From Macrostomum hystrix (lineage: Eukaryota; Animalia; Platyhelminthes), in contig CATNEN010000025.1 in the NCBI GenBank assembly GCA_950097015.1, forward strand, positions 2,914,001-2,978,000: a stretch of 64,000 bases of DNA. Direction: 5' to 3'. The position numbers and the translations under genes are program-made. The notes beneath the pieces are model-generated. The model saw only the letters and a list, made by a program, of their open reading frames with translations, made no database searches and had not been told where the DNA came from. Of the stretch, positions 35,301-50,300 are shown in pieces. The first letter of the stretch is position 1; each line of letters starts with the position of its first letter.

Positions 35301-38300
35301 AGAATGAGGGATCTGACCCATTTAGAATGAGGATCTGACCCATTTAGAATGAGGGATCTGACCCATTTAGAATGAGGGATCTGACCCATTTAGAATGAGG
35401 GATCTGACCCAGTTAAAATGAGGGATCTGACCCATTTAGAATAAGGGATCTGACCTATTTAGAATGAGGGATCTGACCCATTTAGAATGAGGGATCTGAA
35501 CCATTTAGAATGAGGGATCTGACCCAGTTAGAATGAGGGATCTGACCTATTTAGAATGAGGGATCTGACCTATTTAAAATGAGGGATCTGACCCAGTTAG
35601 AATGAGGGATCTGACCCAGTTAGAATGAGGGATCTGACCCATTTAGAATGAGGGATCTGACCCAGTTAGAATGAGGGATCTGAACCATTTAGAATAAGGG
35701 ATCTGACCTATTTAGAATGAGGGATCTGACCCAGTTAGAATGAGGGATCTGACCCATTTAGAATGAGGGATCTGACCCAGTTAAAATGAGGGATCTGACC
35801 TATTTAGAATGAGGGATCTGACCCATTTAGAATGAGGGATCTGACCCATTTAGAATGAGGGATCTGACCCAGTTAGAATAAGGGATCTGACCCATTTAGA
35901 ATGAGGGATCTGACCCATTTAGAATGAGGGATCTGACCCATTTAGAATGAGGGATCTGACCCAGTTAGAATAAGGGATCTGACCCATTTAGAATGAGGGA
36001 TCTGACCCAGTTAAAATGAGGGATCTGACCCATTTAGAATAAGGGATCTGACCCATTTAGAATGAGGGATCTGACCCAGTTAAAATGAGGGATCTGACCC
36101 ATTTAGAATGAGGGATCTGACCCAGTTAAAATGAGGGATCTGACGCATTTAGAATAAGGGATCTGACCCATTTAGAATGAGGGATCTGACCCAGTTAAAA
36201 TGAGGGATCTGACCCATTTAGAATGAGGGATCTGACCCATTTAGAATGAGGATCTGACCCATTTAGAATGAGGGATCTGACCCATTTAGAATGAGGGATC
36301 TGACCCATTTAGAATGAGGGATCTGACCCAGTTAAAATGAGGAATCTGACCCATTTAGAATAAGGGATCTGACCTATTTAGAATGAGGGATCTGACCCAT
36401 TTAGAATGAGGGATCTGAACCATTTAGAATGAGGGATCTGACCCAGTTAGAATGAGGGATCTGACCTATTTAGAATGAAGGATCTGACCTATTTAGAATG
36501 AGGGATCTGACCCAGTTAGAATGAGGGATCTGACCCAGTTAGAATGAGGGATCTGACCCATTTAGAATGAGGGATCTGACCCAGTTAGAATGAGGGATCT
36601 GAACCATTTAGAATAAGGGATCTGACCTATTTAGAATGAGGGATCTGACCCAGTTAGAATGAGGGATCTGACCCATTTAGAATGAGGGATCTGACCCAGT
36701 TAAAATGAGGGATCTGACCTATTTAGAATGAGGGATCTGACCCATTTAGAATGAGGGATCTGACCCAGTTAGAATAAGGGATCTGACCCATTTAGAATGA
36801 GGGATCTGACCCAGTTAAAATGAGGGATCTGACCCATTTAGAATAAGGGATCTGACCTATTTAGAATGAGGGATCTGACCCATTTAGAATGAGGGATCTG
36901 ACCCATTTAGAATGAGGGATCTGACCCAGTTAGAATAAGGGATCTGACCCATTTAGTATGAGGGATCTGACCCATTTAGAATGAGGGATCTGACCCATTT
37001 AGAATGAGGGATCTGACCCAGTTAGAATGAGGGATCTGACCCATTTAGAATGAGGGATCTGACCCAGTTAAAATGAGGGATCTGACCCATTTAGAATAAG
37101 GGATCTGACCTATTTAGAATGAGGGATCTGACCCATTTAGAATGAGGGATCTGACCCATTTAGAATGAGGGATCTGACCCATTTAGAATGAGGATCTGAC
37201 CCATTTAGAATGAGGGATCTGACCCATTTAGAATGAGGGATCTGACCCATTTAGAATGAGGATCTGACCCATTTAGAATGAGGGATCTGACCCATTTAGA
37301 ATGAGGATCTGACCTATTTAGAATGAGGGATCTGACCCATTTAGAATGAGGGATCTGACCCATTTAGAATGAGGGATCTGACCCAGTTAGAATAAGGGAT
37401 CTGACCCATTTAGAATGAGGGATCTGACCCATTTAGAATGAGGGATCTGACCCATTTAGAATGAGGGATCTGACCCAGTTAGAATAAGGGATCTGACCCA
37501 TTTAGAATGAGGGATCTGACCCAGTTAAAATGAGGGATCTGACCCATTTAGAATAAGGGATCTGACCCATTTAGAATGAGGGATCTGACCCAGTTAAAAT
37601 GAGGGATCTGACCCATTTAGAATAAGGGATCTGACCCATTTAGAATGAGGGATCTGACCCAGTTAAAATGAGGGATCTGACCCATTTAGAATGAGGGATC
37701 TGACCCATTTAGAATGAGGATCTGACCCATTTAGAATGAGGGATCTGACCCATTTAGAATGAGGGATCTGACCCATTTAGAATGAGGGATCTGACCCAGT
37801 TAAAATGAGGGATCTGACCCATTTAGAATAAGGGATCTGACCTATTTAGAATGAGGGATCTGACCCATTTAGAATGAGGGATCTGAACCATTTAGAATGA
37901 GGGATCTGACCCAGTTAGAATGAGGGATCTGACCTATTTAGAATGAGGGATCTGACCTATTTAAAATGAGGGATCTGACCCAGTTAGAATGAGGGATCTG
38001 ACCCAGTTAGAATGAGGGATCTGACCCATTTAGAATGAGGGATCTGACCCAGTTAGAATGAGGGATCTGAACCATTTAGAATAAGGGATCTGACCTATTT
38101 AGAATGAGGGATCTGACCCAGTTAGAATGAGGGATCTGACCCATTTAGAATGAGGGATCTGACCCAGTTAAAATGAGGGATCTGACCTATTTAGAATGAG
38201 GGATCTGACCCATTTAGAATGAGGGATCTGACCCATTTAGAATGAGGGATCTGACCCAGTTAGAATAAGGGATCTGACCCATTTAGAATGAGGGATCTGA

Positions 38301-41300
38301 CCCATTTAGAATGAGGGATCTGACCCATTTAGAATGAGGGATCTGACCCAGTTAGAATAAGGGATCTGACCCATTTAGAATGAGGGATCTGACCCAGTTA
38401 AAATGAGGGATCTGACCCATTTAGAATAAGGGATCTGACCCATTTAGAATGAGGGATCTGACCCAGTTAAAATGAGGGATCTGACCCATTTAGAATGAGG
38501 GATCTGACCCAGTTAAAATGAGGGATCTGACCCATTTAGAATAAGGGATCTGACCCATTTAGAATGAGGGATCTGACCCAGTTAAAATGAGGGATCTGAC
38601 CCATTTAGAATGAGGGATCTGACCCATTTAGAATGAGGATCTGACCCATTTAGAATGAGGGATCTGACCCATTTAGAATGAGGGATCTGACCCATTTAGA
38701 ATGAGGGATCTGACCCAGTTAAAATGAGGAATCTGACCCATTTAGAATAAGGGATCTGACCTATTTAGAATGAGGGATCTGACCCATTTAGAATGAGGGA
38801 TCTGAACCATTTAGAATGAGGGATCTGACCCAGTTAGAATGAGGGATCTGACCTATTTAGAATGAGGGATCTGACCTATTTAGAATGAGGGATCTGACCC
38901 AGTTAGAATGAGGGATCTGACCCAGTTAGAATGAGGGATCTGACCCATTTAGAATGAGGGATCTGACCCAGTTAGAATGAGGGATCTGAACCATTTAGAA
39001 TAAGGGATCTGACCTATTTAGAATGAGGGATCTGACCTATTTAGAATGAGGGATCTGACCCATTTAGAATGAGGGATCTGACCCATTTGGAATGAGGGAT
39101 CTGACCCAGTTAGAATAAGGGATCTGACCCATTTAGTATGAGGGATCTGACCCATTTAGAATGAGGGATCTGACCCATTTAGAATGAGGGATCTGACCCA
39201 GTTAGAATGAGGGATCTGACCCATTTAGAATGAGGGATCTGACCCAGTTAAAATGAGGGATCTGACCCATTTAGAATAAGGGATCTGACCTATTTAGAAT
39301 GAGGGATCTGACCCATTTAGAATGAGGGATCTGACCCATTTAGAATGAGGGATCTGACCCATTTAGAATGAGGATCTGACCCATTTAGAATGAGGGATCT
39401 GACCCATTTAGAATGAGGGATCTGACCCATTTAGAATGAGGATCTGACCCATTTAGAATGAGGGATCTGACCCATTTAGAATGAGGATCTGACCTATTTA
39501 GAATGAGGGATCTGACCCATTTAGAATGAGGGATCTGACCCATTTAGAATGAGGGATCTGACCCAGTTAGAATAAGGGATCTGACCCATTTAGAATGAGG
39601 GATCTGACCCATTTAGAATGAGGGATCTGACCCATTTAGAATGAGGGATCTGACCCAGTTAGAATAAGGGATCTGACCCATTTAGAATGAGGGATCTGAC
39701 CCAGTTAAAATGAGGGATCTGACCCATTTAGAATAAGGGATCTGACCCATTTAGAATGAGGGATCTGACCCAGTTAAAATGAGGGATCTGACCCATTTAG
39801 AATGAGGGATCTGACCCATTTAGAATGAGGATCTGACCCATTTAGAATGAGGGATCTGACCCATTTAGAATGAGGGATCTGACCCATTTAGAATGAGGGA
39901 TCTGACCCAGTTAAAATGAGGGATCTGACCCATTTAGAATAAGGGATCTGACCTATTTAGAATGAGGGATCTGACCCATTTAGAATGAGGGATCTGAACC
40001 ATTTAGAATGAGGGATCTGACCCAGTTAGAATGAGGGATCTGACCTATTTAGAATGAGGGATCTGACCTATTTAAAATGAGGGATCTGACCCAGTTAGAA
40101 TGAGGGATCTGACCCAGTTAGAATGAGGGATCTGACCCAGTTAGAATGAGGATCTGACCCATTTAGAATGAGGATCTGACCAGTTAGAATGAGGGATCTG
40201 ACCCATTTAGAATGAGGATCTGACCCATTAGAATGAGGGATGTGACCCATTTAGAATGAGGGATCTGACCCCTTTTAGAATGAGGGATCTGACCCATTTA
40301 GAATGAGGATCTGACCCATTTAGAATGAGGGATCTGACCCAGTTAGAATGAGGATCTGACCCATTTAGAGTGAGGGATCTGACCCATTTAGAATGAGGAT
40401 CTGACCCATTTAGAATGAGGGATCTGGCCCAATTAGAGTGAGGTATCTGACCCATTTAGAGTGAGGGATCTGACCCATTTAGAATGAGGATCTGACCCAT
40501 TTAGAATGAGGGATCTGACCTATTTAGAATGAGGGATCTGACCCAGTTAGAATGAGGGATCTGACCCATTTAGAATGAGGATCTGACCTATTTAGAATGA
40601 GGGATCTGACCCATTTAGAATGAGGGATCTGACCCATTTAGAATGAGGGATCTGACCCAGTTAGAATGAGGGATCTGACCCATTTAGAATGAGGGATCTG
40701 ACCCATTTAGAATGAGGGATCTGACCCATTTAGAATGAGGGATCTGACCCATTTAGAATGAGGGATCTGACCCATTTAGAATGAGGGATCTGACCCAGTT
40801 AGAATGAGGGATCTGACCCATTTAGAATGAGGGATCTGACCCATTTAGAATGAGGGATCTGACCCAGTTAGAATGAGGGATCTGACCCATTTAGAATGAG
40901 GGATCTGACCCAGTTAGAATGAGGGATCTGACCCATTTAGAATGAGGGATCTGACCCATTTAGAATGAGGGATCTGACCCATTTAGAATGAGGGATCTGA
41001 CCCATTTAGAATGAGGGATCTGACCCATTTAGAATGAGGGATCTGACCCATTTAGAATGAGGGATCTGACCCAGTTAGAATGAGGGATCTGACCCATTTA
41101 GAATGAGGGATCTGACCCATTTAGAATGAGGGATCTGACCCATTTAGAATGAGGGATCTGACCCATTTAGAATGAGGGATCTGACCCAGTTAGAATGAGG
41201 ATCTGACCCATTTAGAATGAGGGATCTGACCCAGTTAGAATGAGGGATCTGACCCATTTAGAATGAGGATCTGACCCATTTAGAATGAGGGATCTGACCC

Positions 41301-44300
41301 ATTTAGAATGAGGGATCTGACCCATTTAGAATGAGGGATCTGACCCATTTAGAATGAGGGATCTGGCCCATTTAGAATGAGGGATCTGACCCATTTAGAA
41401 TGAGGATCTGACCCATTTAGAATGAGGGATCTGACCCATTTAGAATGAGGATCTGACCCATTTAGAATGAGGGATCTGACCCATTTAGAATGAGGGATCT
41501 GACCCATTTAGAATGAGGATCTGACCCATTTAGAATGAGGATCTGACCCATTTAGAATGAGGGATCTGACCCATTTAGAATGAGGGATCTGGCCCATTTA
41601 GAATGAGGGATCTGACCCATTTAGAATGAGGATCTGACCCATTTAGAATGAGGGATCTGGCCCAGTTAGAATGAGGGATCTGACCCATTTAGAATGAGGG
41701 ATCTGACCCATTTAGAATGAGGATCTGACCCATTTAGAATGAGGATCTGACCCATTTAGAATGAGGGATCTGGCCCAATTAGAATGAGGGATCTGACCCA
41801 TTTAGAATGAGGGATCTGACCCAATTAGAGTGAGGATCTGACCCATTTAGAATGAGGATCTGACCCATTTAGAATGAGGGATCTGGCCCAGTTAGAATGA
41901 GGGATCTGACCCATTTAGAATGAGGGATCTGACCCATTTAGAATGAGGATCTGACCCATTTAGAATGAGGATCTGACCCTATTTAGAATGAGGGATCTGA
42001 CCTATTTAGAATGAGGGATCTGACCCATTTAGAATGAGGGATCTGACCCATTTAGAATGAGGGATCTGACCCAATTAGAATGAGGGATCTGACCCAGTTA
42101 GAATGAGGGATCTGACCCATTTAGAATGAGGATCTGACCCATTTAGAATGAGGGATCTGACCCAGTTAGAATGAGGGATCTGACCCATTTAGAATGAGGG
42201 ATCTGACCCAGTTAGAATGAGGGATCTGACCCATTTAGAATGAGGATCTGACCCATTTAGAATGAGGGATCTGACCCAATTAGAATGAGGATCTGACCCA
42301 TTTAGAATGAGGGATCTGACCCAGTTAGAATGAGGATCTGACCCATTTAGAATGAGGATCTGACCCAGTTAGAATGAGGGATCTGACCCATTTAGAATGA
42401 GGATCTGACCCATTTAGAATGAGGGATGTGACCCATTTAGAATGAGGGATCTGACCCTTTTAGAATGAGGGATCTGACCCATTTAGAATGAGGATCTGAC
42501 CCATTTAGAATGAGGGATCTGACCCAGTTAGAATGAGGATCTGACCCATTTAGAGTGAGGGATCTGACCCATTTAGAATGAGGATCTGACCCATTTAGAA
42601 TGAGGGATCTGGCCCAATTAGAGTGAGGTATCTGACCCATTTAGAGTGAGGGATCTGACCCATTTAGAATGAGGATCTGACCCATTTAGAATGAGGGATC
42701 TGACCCATTTAGAATGAGGGATCTGACCCAGTTAGAATGAGGGATCTGACCCATTTAGAATGAGGATCTGACCTATTTAGAATGAGGGATCTGACCCATT
42801 TAGAATGAGGGATCTGACCCATTTAGAATGAGGGATCTGACCCAGTTAGAATAAGGGATCTGACCCATTTAGAATGAGGGATCTGACCCATTTAGAATGA
42901 GGGATCTGACCCATTTAGAATGAGGGATCTGACCCAGTTAGAATAAGGGATCTGACCCATTTAGAATGAGGGATCTGACCCAGTTAAAATGAGGGATCTG
43001 ACCCATTTAGAATAAGGGATCTGACCCATTTAGAATGAGGGATCTGACCCAGTTAAAATGAGGGATCTGACCCATTTAGAATGAGGGATCTGACCCATTT
43101 AGAATGAGGATCTGACCCATTTAGAATGAGGGATCTGACCCATTTAGAATGAGGGATCTGACCCATTTAGAATGAGGGATCTGACCCAGTTAAAATGAGG
43201 GATCTGACCCATTTAGAATAAGGGATCTGACCTATTTAGAATGAGGGATCTGACCCATTTAGAATGAGGGATCTGAACCATTTAGAATGAGGGATCTGAC
43301 CCAGTTAGAATGAGGGATCTGACCTATTTAGAATGAGGGATCTGACCTATTTAAAATGAGGGATCTGACCCAGTTAGAATGAGGGATCTGACCCAGTTAG
43401 AATGAGGGATCTGACCCATTTAGAATGAGGGATCTGACCCAGTTAGAATGAGGGATCTGAACCATTTAGAATAAGGGATCTGACCTATTTAGAATGAGGG
43501 ATCTGACCCAGTTAGAATGAGGGATCTGACCCATTTAGAATGAGGGATCTGACCCAGTTAAAATGAGGGATCTGACCTATTTAGAATGAGGGATCTGACC
43601 CATTTAGAATGAGGGATCTGACCCAGTTAGAATGAGGGATCTGACCCATTTAGAATGAGGGATCTGACCCAGTTAAAATGAGGGATCTGACGCATTTAGA
43701 ATAAGGGATCTGACCTATTTAGAATGAGGGATCTGACCCATTTAGAATGAGGGATCTGACCCATTTAGAATGAGGGATCTGACCCAGTTAGAATAAGGGA
43801 TCTGACCCATTTAGAATGAGGGATCTGACCCATTTAGAATGAGGGATCTGACCCATTTAGAATGAGGGATCTGACCCAGTTAGAATAAGGGATCTGACCC
43901 ATTTAGAATGAGGGATCTGACCCAGTTAAAATGAGGGATCTGACCCATTTAGAATAAGGGATCTGACCTATTTAGAATGAGGGATCTGACCCATTTAAAA
44001 TGAGGGATCTGACCCATTTAGAATGAGGGATCTGACCCATTTAGAATGAGGATCTGACCCATTTAGAATGAGGGATCTGACCCATTTAGAATGAGGGATC
44101 TGACCCATTTAGAATGAGGATCTGACCCATTTAGAATGAGGGATCTGACCTATTTAGAATGAGGGATCTGACCCATTTAGAATGAGGGATCTGACCCATT
44201 TAGAATGAGGGATCTGACCCAGTTAGAATAAGGGATCTGACCCATTTAGAATGAGGGATCTGACCCATTTAGAATGAGGGATCTGACCCATTTAGAATGA

Positions 44301-47300
44301 GGGATCTGACCCAGTTAGAATAAGGGATCTGACCCATTTAGAATGAGGGATCTGACCCAGTTAAAATGAGGGATCTGACCCATTTAGAATAAGGGATCTG
44401 ACCCATTTAGAATGAGGGATCTGACCCAGTTAAAATGAGGGATCTGACCCATTTAGAATGAGGGATCTGACCCATTTAGAATTAGGATCTGACCCATTTA
44501 GAATGAGGGATCTGACCCATTTAGAATGAGGGATCTGACCCATTTAGAATGAGAATCTGACCCATTTAGAATGAGGATATGACCCATTTAGAATGAGGGA
44601 TCTGACCCATTTAGAATGAGGGATCTGACCCAGTTAGAATGAGGGATCTGACCCATTTAGAATGAGGGATCTGACCCATTTAGAATGAGGGATCTGGCCC
44701 ATTTAGAATGAGGGATCTGACCCATTTAGAATGAGGATCTGACCCAGTTAGAATGAGGATCTGACCCATTTAGAATGAGGGATCTGACCCAGTTAGAATG
44801 AGGGATCTGACCCATTTAGAATGAGGATCTGACCCATTTAGAATGAGGGATCTGACCCATTTAGAATGAGGATCTGACCCATTTAGAATGAGGGATCTGA
44901 CCCATTTAGAATGAGGGATCTGGCCCATTTAGAATTAGGGATCTGACCCATTTAGAATGAGGATCTGACCCATTTAGAATGAGGGATCTGACCCATTTAG
45001 AATGAGGATCTGACCCATTTAGAATGAGGGATCTGACCCATTTAGAATGAGGGATCTGACCCATTTAGAATGAGGATCTGACCCATTTAGAATGAGGGAT
45101 CTGGCCCAGTTAGAATGAGGGATCTGACCCATTTAGAATGAGGGATCTGACCCATTTAGAATGAGGATCTGACCCATTTAGAATGAGGATCTGACCCATT
45201 TAGAATGAGGATCTGACCCATTTAGAATGAGGGATCTGGCCCAATTAGAATGAGGGATCTGACCCATTTAGAATGAGGGATCTGACCCAATTAGAGTGAG
45301 GATCTGACCCATTTAGAATGAGGATCTGACCCATTTAGAATGAGGGATCTGGCCCAGTTAGAATGAGGGATCTGACCCATTTAGAATGAGGGATCTGACC
45401 CATTTAGAATGAGGATCTGACCCATTTAGAATGAGGATCTGACCTATTTAGAATGAGGGATCTGACCTATTTAGAATGAGGGATCTGACCCATTTAGAAT
45501 GAGGGATCTGACCCATTTAGAATGAGGGATCTGACCCATTTAGAATGAGGGATCTGACCCAGTTAGAATGAGGGATCTGACCCATTTAGAATGAGGATCT
45601 GACCCATTTAGAATGAGGGATCTGACCCAGTTAGAATGAGGGATCTGACCCATTTAGAATGAGGGATGTGACCCAGTTAGAATGAGGGATCTGACCCATT
45701 TAGAATGAGGATCTGACCCATTTAGAATGAGGGATCTGGCCCAATTAGAATGAGGATCTGACCCATTTAGAATGAGGGATCTGACCCAGTTAGAATGAGG
45801 ATCTGACCCATTTAGAATGAGGATCTGACCCAGTTAGAATGAGGGATCTGACCCATTTAGAATGAGGATCTGACCCATTTAGAATGAGGGATGTGACCCA
45901 TTTAGAATGAGGGATCTGACCCTTTAGAATGAGGGATCTGACCCATTTAGAATGAGGATCTGACCCATTTAGAATGAGGGATCTGACCCAGTTAGAATGA
46001 GGATCTGACCCATTTAGAGTGAGGGATCTGACCCATTTAGAATGAGGATCTGACCCATTTAGAATGAGTGATCTGGCCCAATTAGAGTGAGGTATCTGAC
46101 CCATTTAGAGTGAGGGATCTGACCCATTTAGAATGAGGATCTGACCCATTTAGAATGAGGGATCTGGCCCATTTAGAATGAGGGATCTGACCCATTTAGA
46201 ATGAGGGATCTGACCCATTTAGAATGAGGATCTGACCCATTTAGAATGAGGGATGTGACCCATTTAGAATGAGGGATCTGACCCATTTTAGAATGAGGGA
46301 TCTGACCCATTTAGAATGAGGATCTGACCCATTTAGAATGAGGGATCTGACCCAGTTAGAATGAGGATCTGACCCAGTTAGAATGAGGGATCTGACCCAT
46401 TTAGAATGAGGGATCTGACCCATTTAGAATGAGGGATCTGGCCCAATTAGAATGAGGATCTGACCCATTTAGAATGAGGGATCTGACCCAGTTAGAATGA
46501 GGGATCTGACCCATTTAGAATGAGGATCTGACCCAGTTAGAATGAGGGATCTGACCCATTTAGAATGAGGATCTGACCCATTTAGAATGAGGGATGTGAC
46601 CCATTTAGAATGAGGGATCTGACCCATTTAGAATGAGGGATTTGACCCATTTAGAATGAGGATCTGACCCATTTAGAATGAGGGATCTGACCCAGTTAGA
46701 ATGAGGGATCTGACCCATTTAGAGTGAGGGATCTGACCCATTTAGAATGAGGATCTGACCCATTTAGAATGAGGGATCTGACCCATTTAGAATGAGGGAT
46801 CTAACCCATTTAGAATGAGGATCTGACCCATTTAGAATGAGGGATCTGGACCCAGTTAGAATGAGGGATCTGACCCATTTAGAATGAGGGATCTGACCCA
46901 TTTAGAATGAGGATCTGACCCATTTAGAATGAGGATCTGACCCATTTAGAATGAGGATCTGACCCATTTAGAATGAGGGATCTGGCCCAATTAGAATGAG
47001 GGATCTGACCCATTTAGAATGAGGGATCTGACCCAATTAGAGTGAGGGATCTGACCCATTTAGAATGAGGATCTGACCCATTTAGAATGAGGGATCTGGA
47101 CCCAGTTAGAATGAGGGATCTGACCCATTTAGAATGAGGGATCTGACCCATTTAGAATGAGGGATCTGACCCATTTAGAATGAGGATCTGACCCTATTTA
47201 GAATGAGGGATCTGACCTATTTAGAATGAGGGATCTGACCCATTTAGAATGAGGGATCTGACCCATTTAGAATGAGGGATCTGACCCATTTAGAATGAGG

Positions 47301-50300
47301 GATCTGACCCAGTTAGAATGAGGGATCTGACCCATTTAGAATGAGGGATCTGACCCATTTAGAATGAGGGATCTGACCCAGTTAGAATGAGGATCTGACC
47401 CATTTAGAATGAGGGATCTGACCCAGTTAGAATGAGGGATCTGACCCATTTAGAATGAGGATCTGACCCATTTAGAATGAGGGATCTGACCCATTTAGAA
47501 TGAGGGATCTGACCCATTTAGAATGAGGGATTTGACCCATTTAGAATGAGGATCTGACCCATTTAGAATGAGGGATCTGACCCATTTAGAATGAGGGATC
47601 TGACCCAGTTAGAAGTGAGGGATCTGACCCATTTAGAATGAGGGATCTGACCCATTTAGAATGAGGGATCTGACCCATTTAGAATGAGGGATCTGACCCA
47701 TTTAGAATGAGGGATCTGACCCATTTAGAATGAGGATCTGACCCATTTAGAATGAGGGATCTGGCCCAGTTAGAATGAGGGATCTGACCCATTTAGAATG
47801 AGGGATCTGACCCATTTAGAATGAGGATCTGACCCATTTAGAATGAGGATCTGACCCATTTAGAATGAGGGATCTGACCCATTTAGAATGAGGGATCTGG
47901 CCCAATTAGAATGAGGGATCTGACCCATTTAGAATGAGGGATCTGACCCAATTTAGAGTGAGGATCTGACCCATTTAGAATGAGGATCTGACCCATTTAG
48001 AATGAGGGATCTGACCCATTTAGAATGAGGGATCTGGACCCAGTTAGAATGAGGGATCTGACCCATTTAGAATGAGGGATCTGACCCATTTAGAATGAGG
48101 GATCTGACCCATTTAGAATGAGGATCTGACCTATTTAGAATGAGGGATCTGACCTATTTAGAATGAGGGATCTGACCCATTTAGAATGAGGGATCTGACC
48201 CATTTAGAATGAGGGATCTGACCCATTTAGAATGAGGGATCTGACCCAGTTAGAATGAGGGATCTGACCCATTTAGAATGAGGATCTGACCCATTTAGAA
48301 TGAGGGATCTGACCCAGTTAGAATGAGGGATCTGACCCATTTAGAATGAGGGATCTGACCCAGTTAGAATGAGGGATCTGACCCATTTAGAATGAGGATC
48401 TGACCCATTTAGAATGAGGGATCTGGCCCAATTAGAATGAGGATCTGACCCATTTAGAATGAGGGATCTGACCCAGTTAGAATGAGGATCTGACCCATTT
48501 AGAATGAGGGATCTGACCTAGTTAGAATGAGGGATCTGACCCATTTAGAAGTGAGGGATCTGACCCATTTAGAATGAGGATCTGACCCATTTAGAATGAG
48601 GGATCTGACCCAATTAGAATGAGGGATCTGACCCAGTTAGAATGAGGGATCTGACCCATTTAGAATGAGGATCTGACCCATTTAGAATGAGGGATCTGAC
48701 CCAGTTAGAATGAGGGATCTGACCCATTTAGAATGAGGGATCTGACCCAGTTAGAATGAGGGATCTGACCCATTTAGAATGAGGATCTGACCCATTTAGA
48801 ATGAGGGATCTGACCCAATTAGAATGAGGATCTGACCCATTTAGAATGAGGGATCTGACCCAGTTAGAATGAGGATCTGACCCATTTAGAATGAGGATCT
48901 GACCCAGTTAGAATGAGGGATCTGACCCATTTAGAATGAGGATCTGACCCATTTAGAATGAGGGATGTGACCCATTTAGAATGAGGGATCTGACCCATTT
49001 AGAATGAGGGATCTGACCCATTTAGAATGAGGATCTGACCCATTTAGAATGAGGGATCTGACCCAGTTAGAATGAGGATCTGACCCATTTAGAGTGAGGG
49101 ATCTGACCCATTTAGAATGAGGATCTGACCCATTTAGAATGAGGGATCTGGCCCAATTAGAGTGAGGTATCTGACCCATTTAGAGTGAGGGATCTGACCC
49201 ATTTAGAATGAGGATCTGACCCATTTAGAATGAGGGATCTGACCTATTTAGAATGAGGATCTGACCCAGTTAGAATGAGGGATCTGACCCATTTAGAATG
49301 AGGGATCTGACCCTATTTAGAATGAGGGATCTGACCCATTTAGAATGAGGGATCTGACCCATTTAGAATGAGGGATCTGACCCAGTTAGAATAGGGATCT
49401 GACCCATTTAGAATGAGGGATCTGACCCATTTAGAATGAGGGATCTGACCCATTTAGAATGAGGGATCTGACCCAGTTAGAATAAGGGATCTGACCCATT
49501 TAGAATGAGGGATCTGACCCAGTTAAATGAGGGATCTGACCCATTTAGAATAAGGATCTGACCCATTAGAATGAGGGATCTGACCCAGTTAGAATGAGGG
49601 ATCTGACCCATTTAGAATGAGGGATCTGACCCAGTTAGAATGAGGATCTGACCCATTTAGAATGAGGGATCTGACCCATTTAGAATGAGGGATGCTGACC
49701 CATTTAGAATGAGGGATCTGACCCATTTAGAATGAGGGATCTGACCCATTTAGAATGAGGGATCTGACCCATTTAGAATGAGGGATCTGACCCAGTTAGA
49801 ATGAGGGATCTGACCCATTTAGAATGAGGGATCTGACCCATTTAGAATGAGGGATCTGACCCATTTAGAATGAGGGATCTGACCCATTTAGAATGAGGGA
49901 TCTGACCCAGTTAGAATGAGGATCTGACCCATTTAGAATGAGGGATCTGACCCAGTTAGAATGAGGGATCTGACCCATTTAGAATGAGGATCTGACCCAT
50001 TTAGAATGAGGGATCTGACCCATTTAGAATGAGGATCTGACCCATTTAGAATGAGGGATCTGACCCATTTAGAATGAGGGATCTGGCCCATTTAGAATGA
50101 GGGATCTGACCCATTTAGAATGAGGATCTGACCCATTTAGAATGAGGGATCTGACCCATTTAGAATGAGGATCTGACCCATTTAGAATGAGGGATCTGAC
50201 CCATTTAGAATGAGGGATCTGACCCATTTAGAATGAGGATCTGACCCATTTAGAATGAGGATCTGACCCATTTAGAATGAGGGATCTGGCCCATTTAGAA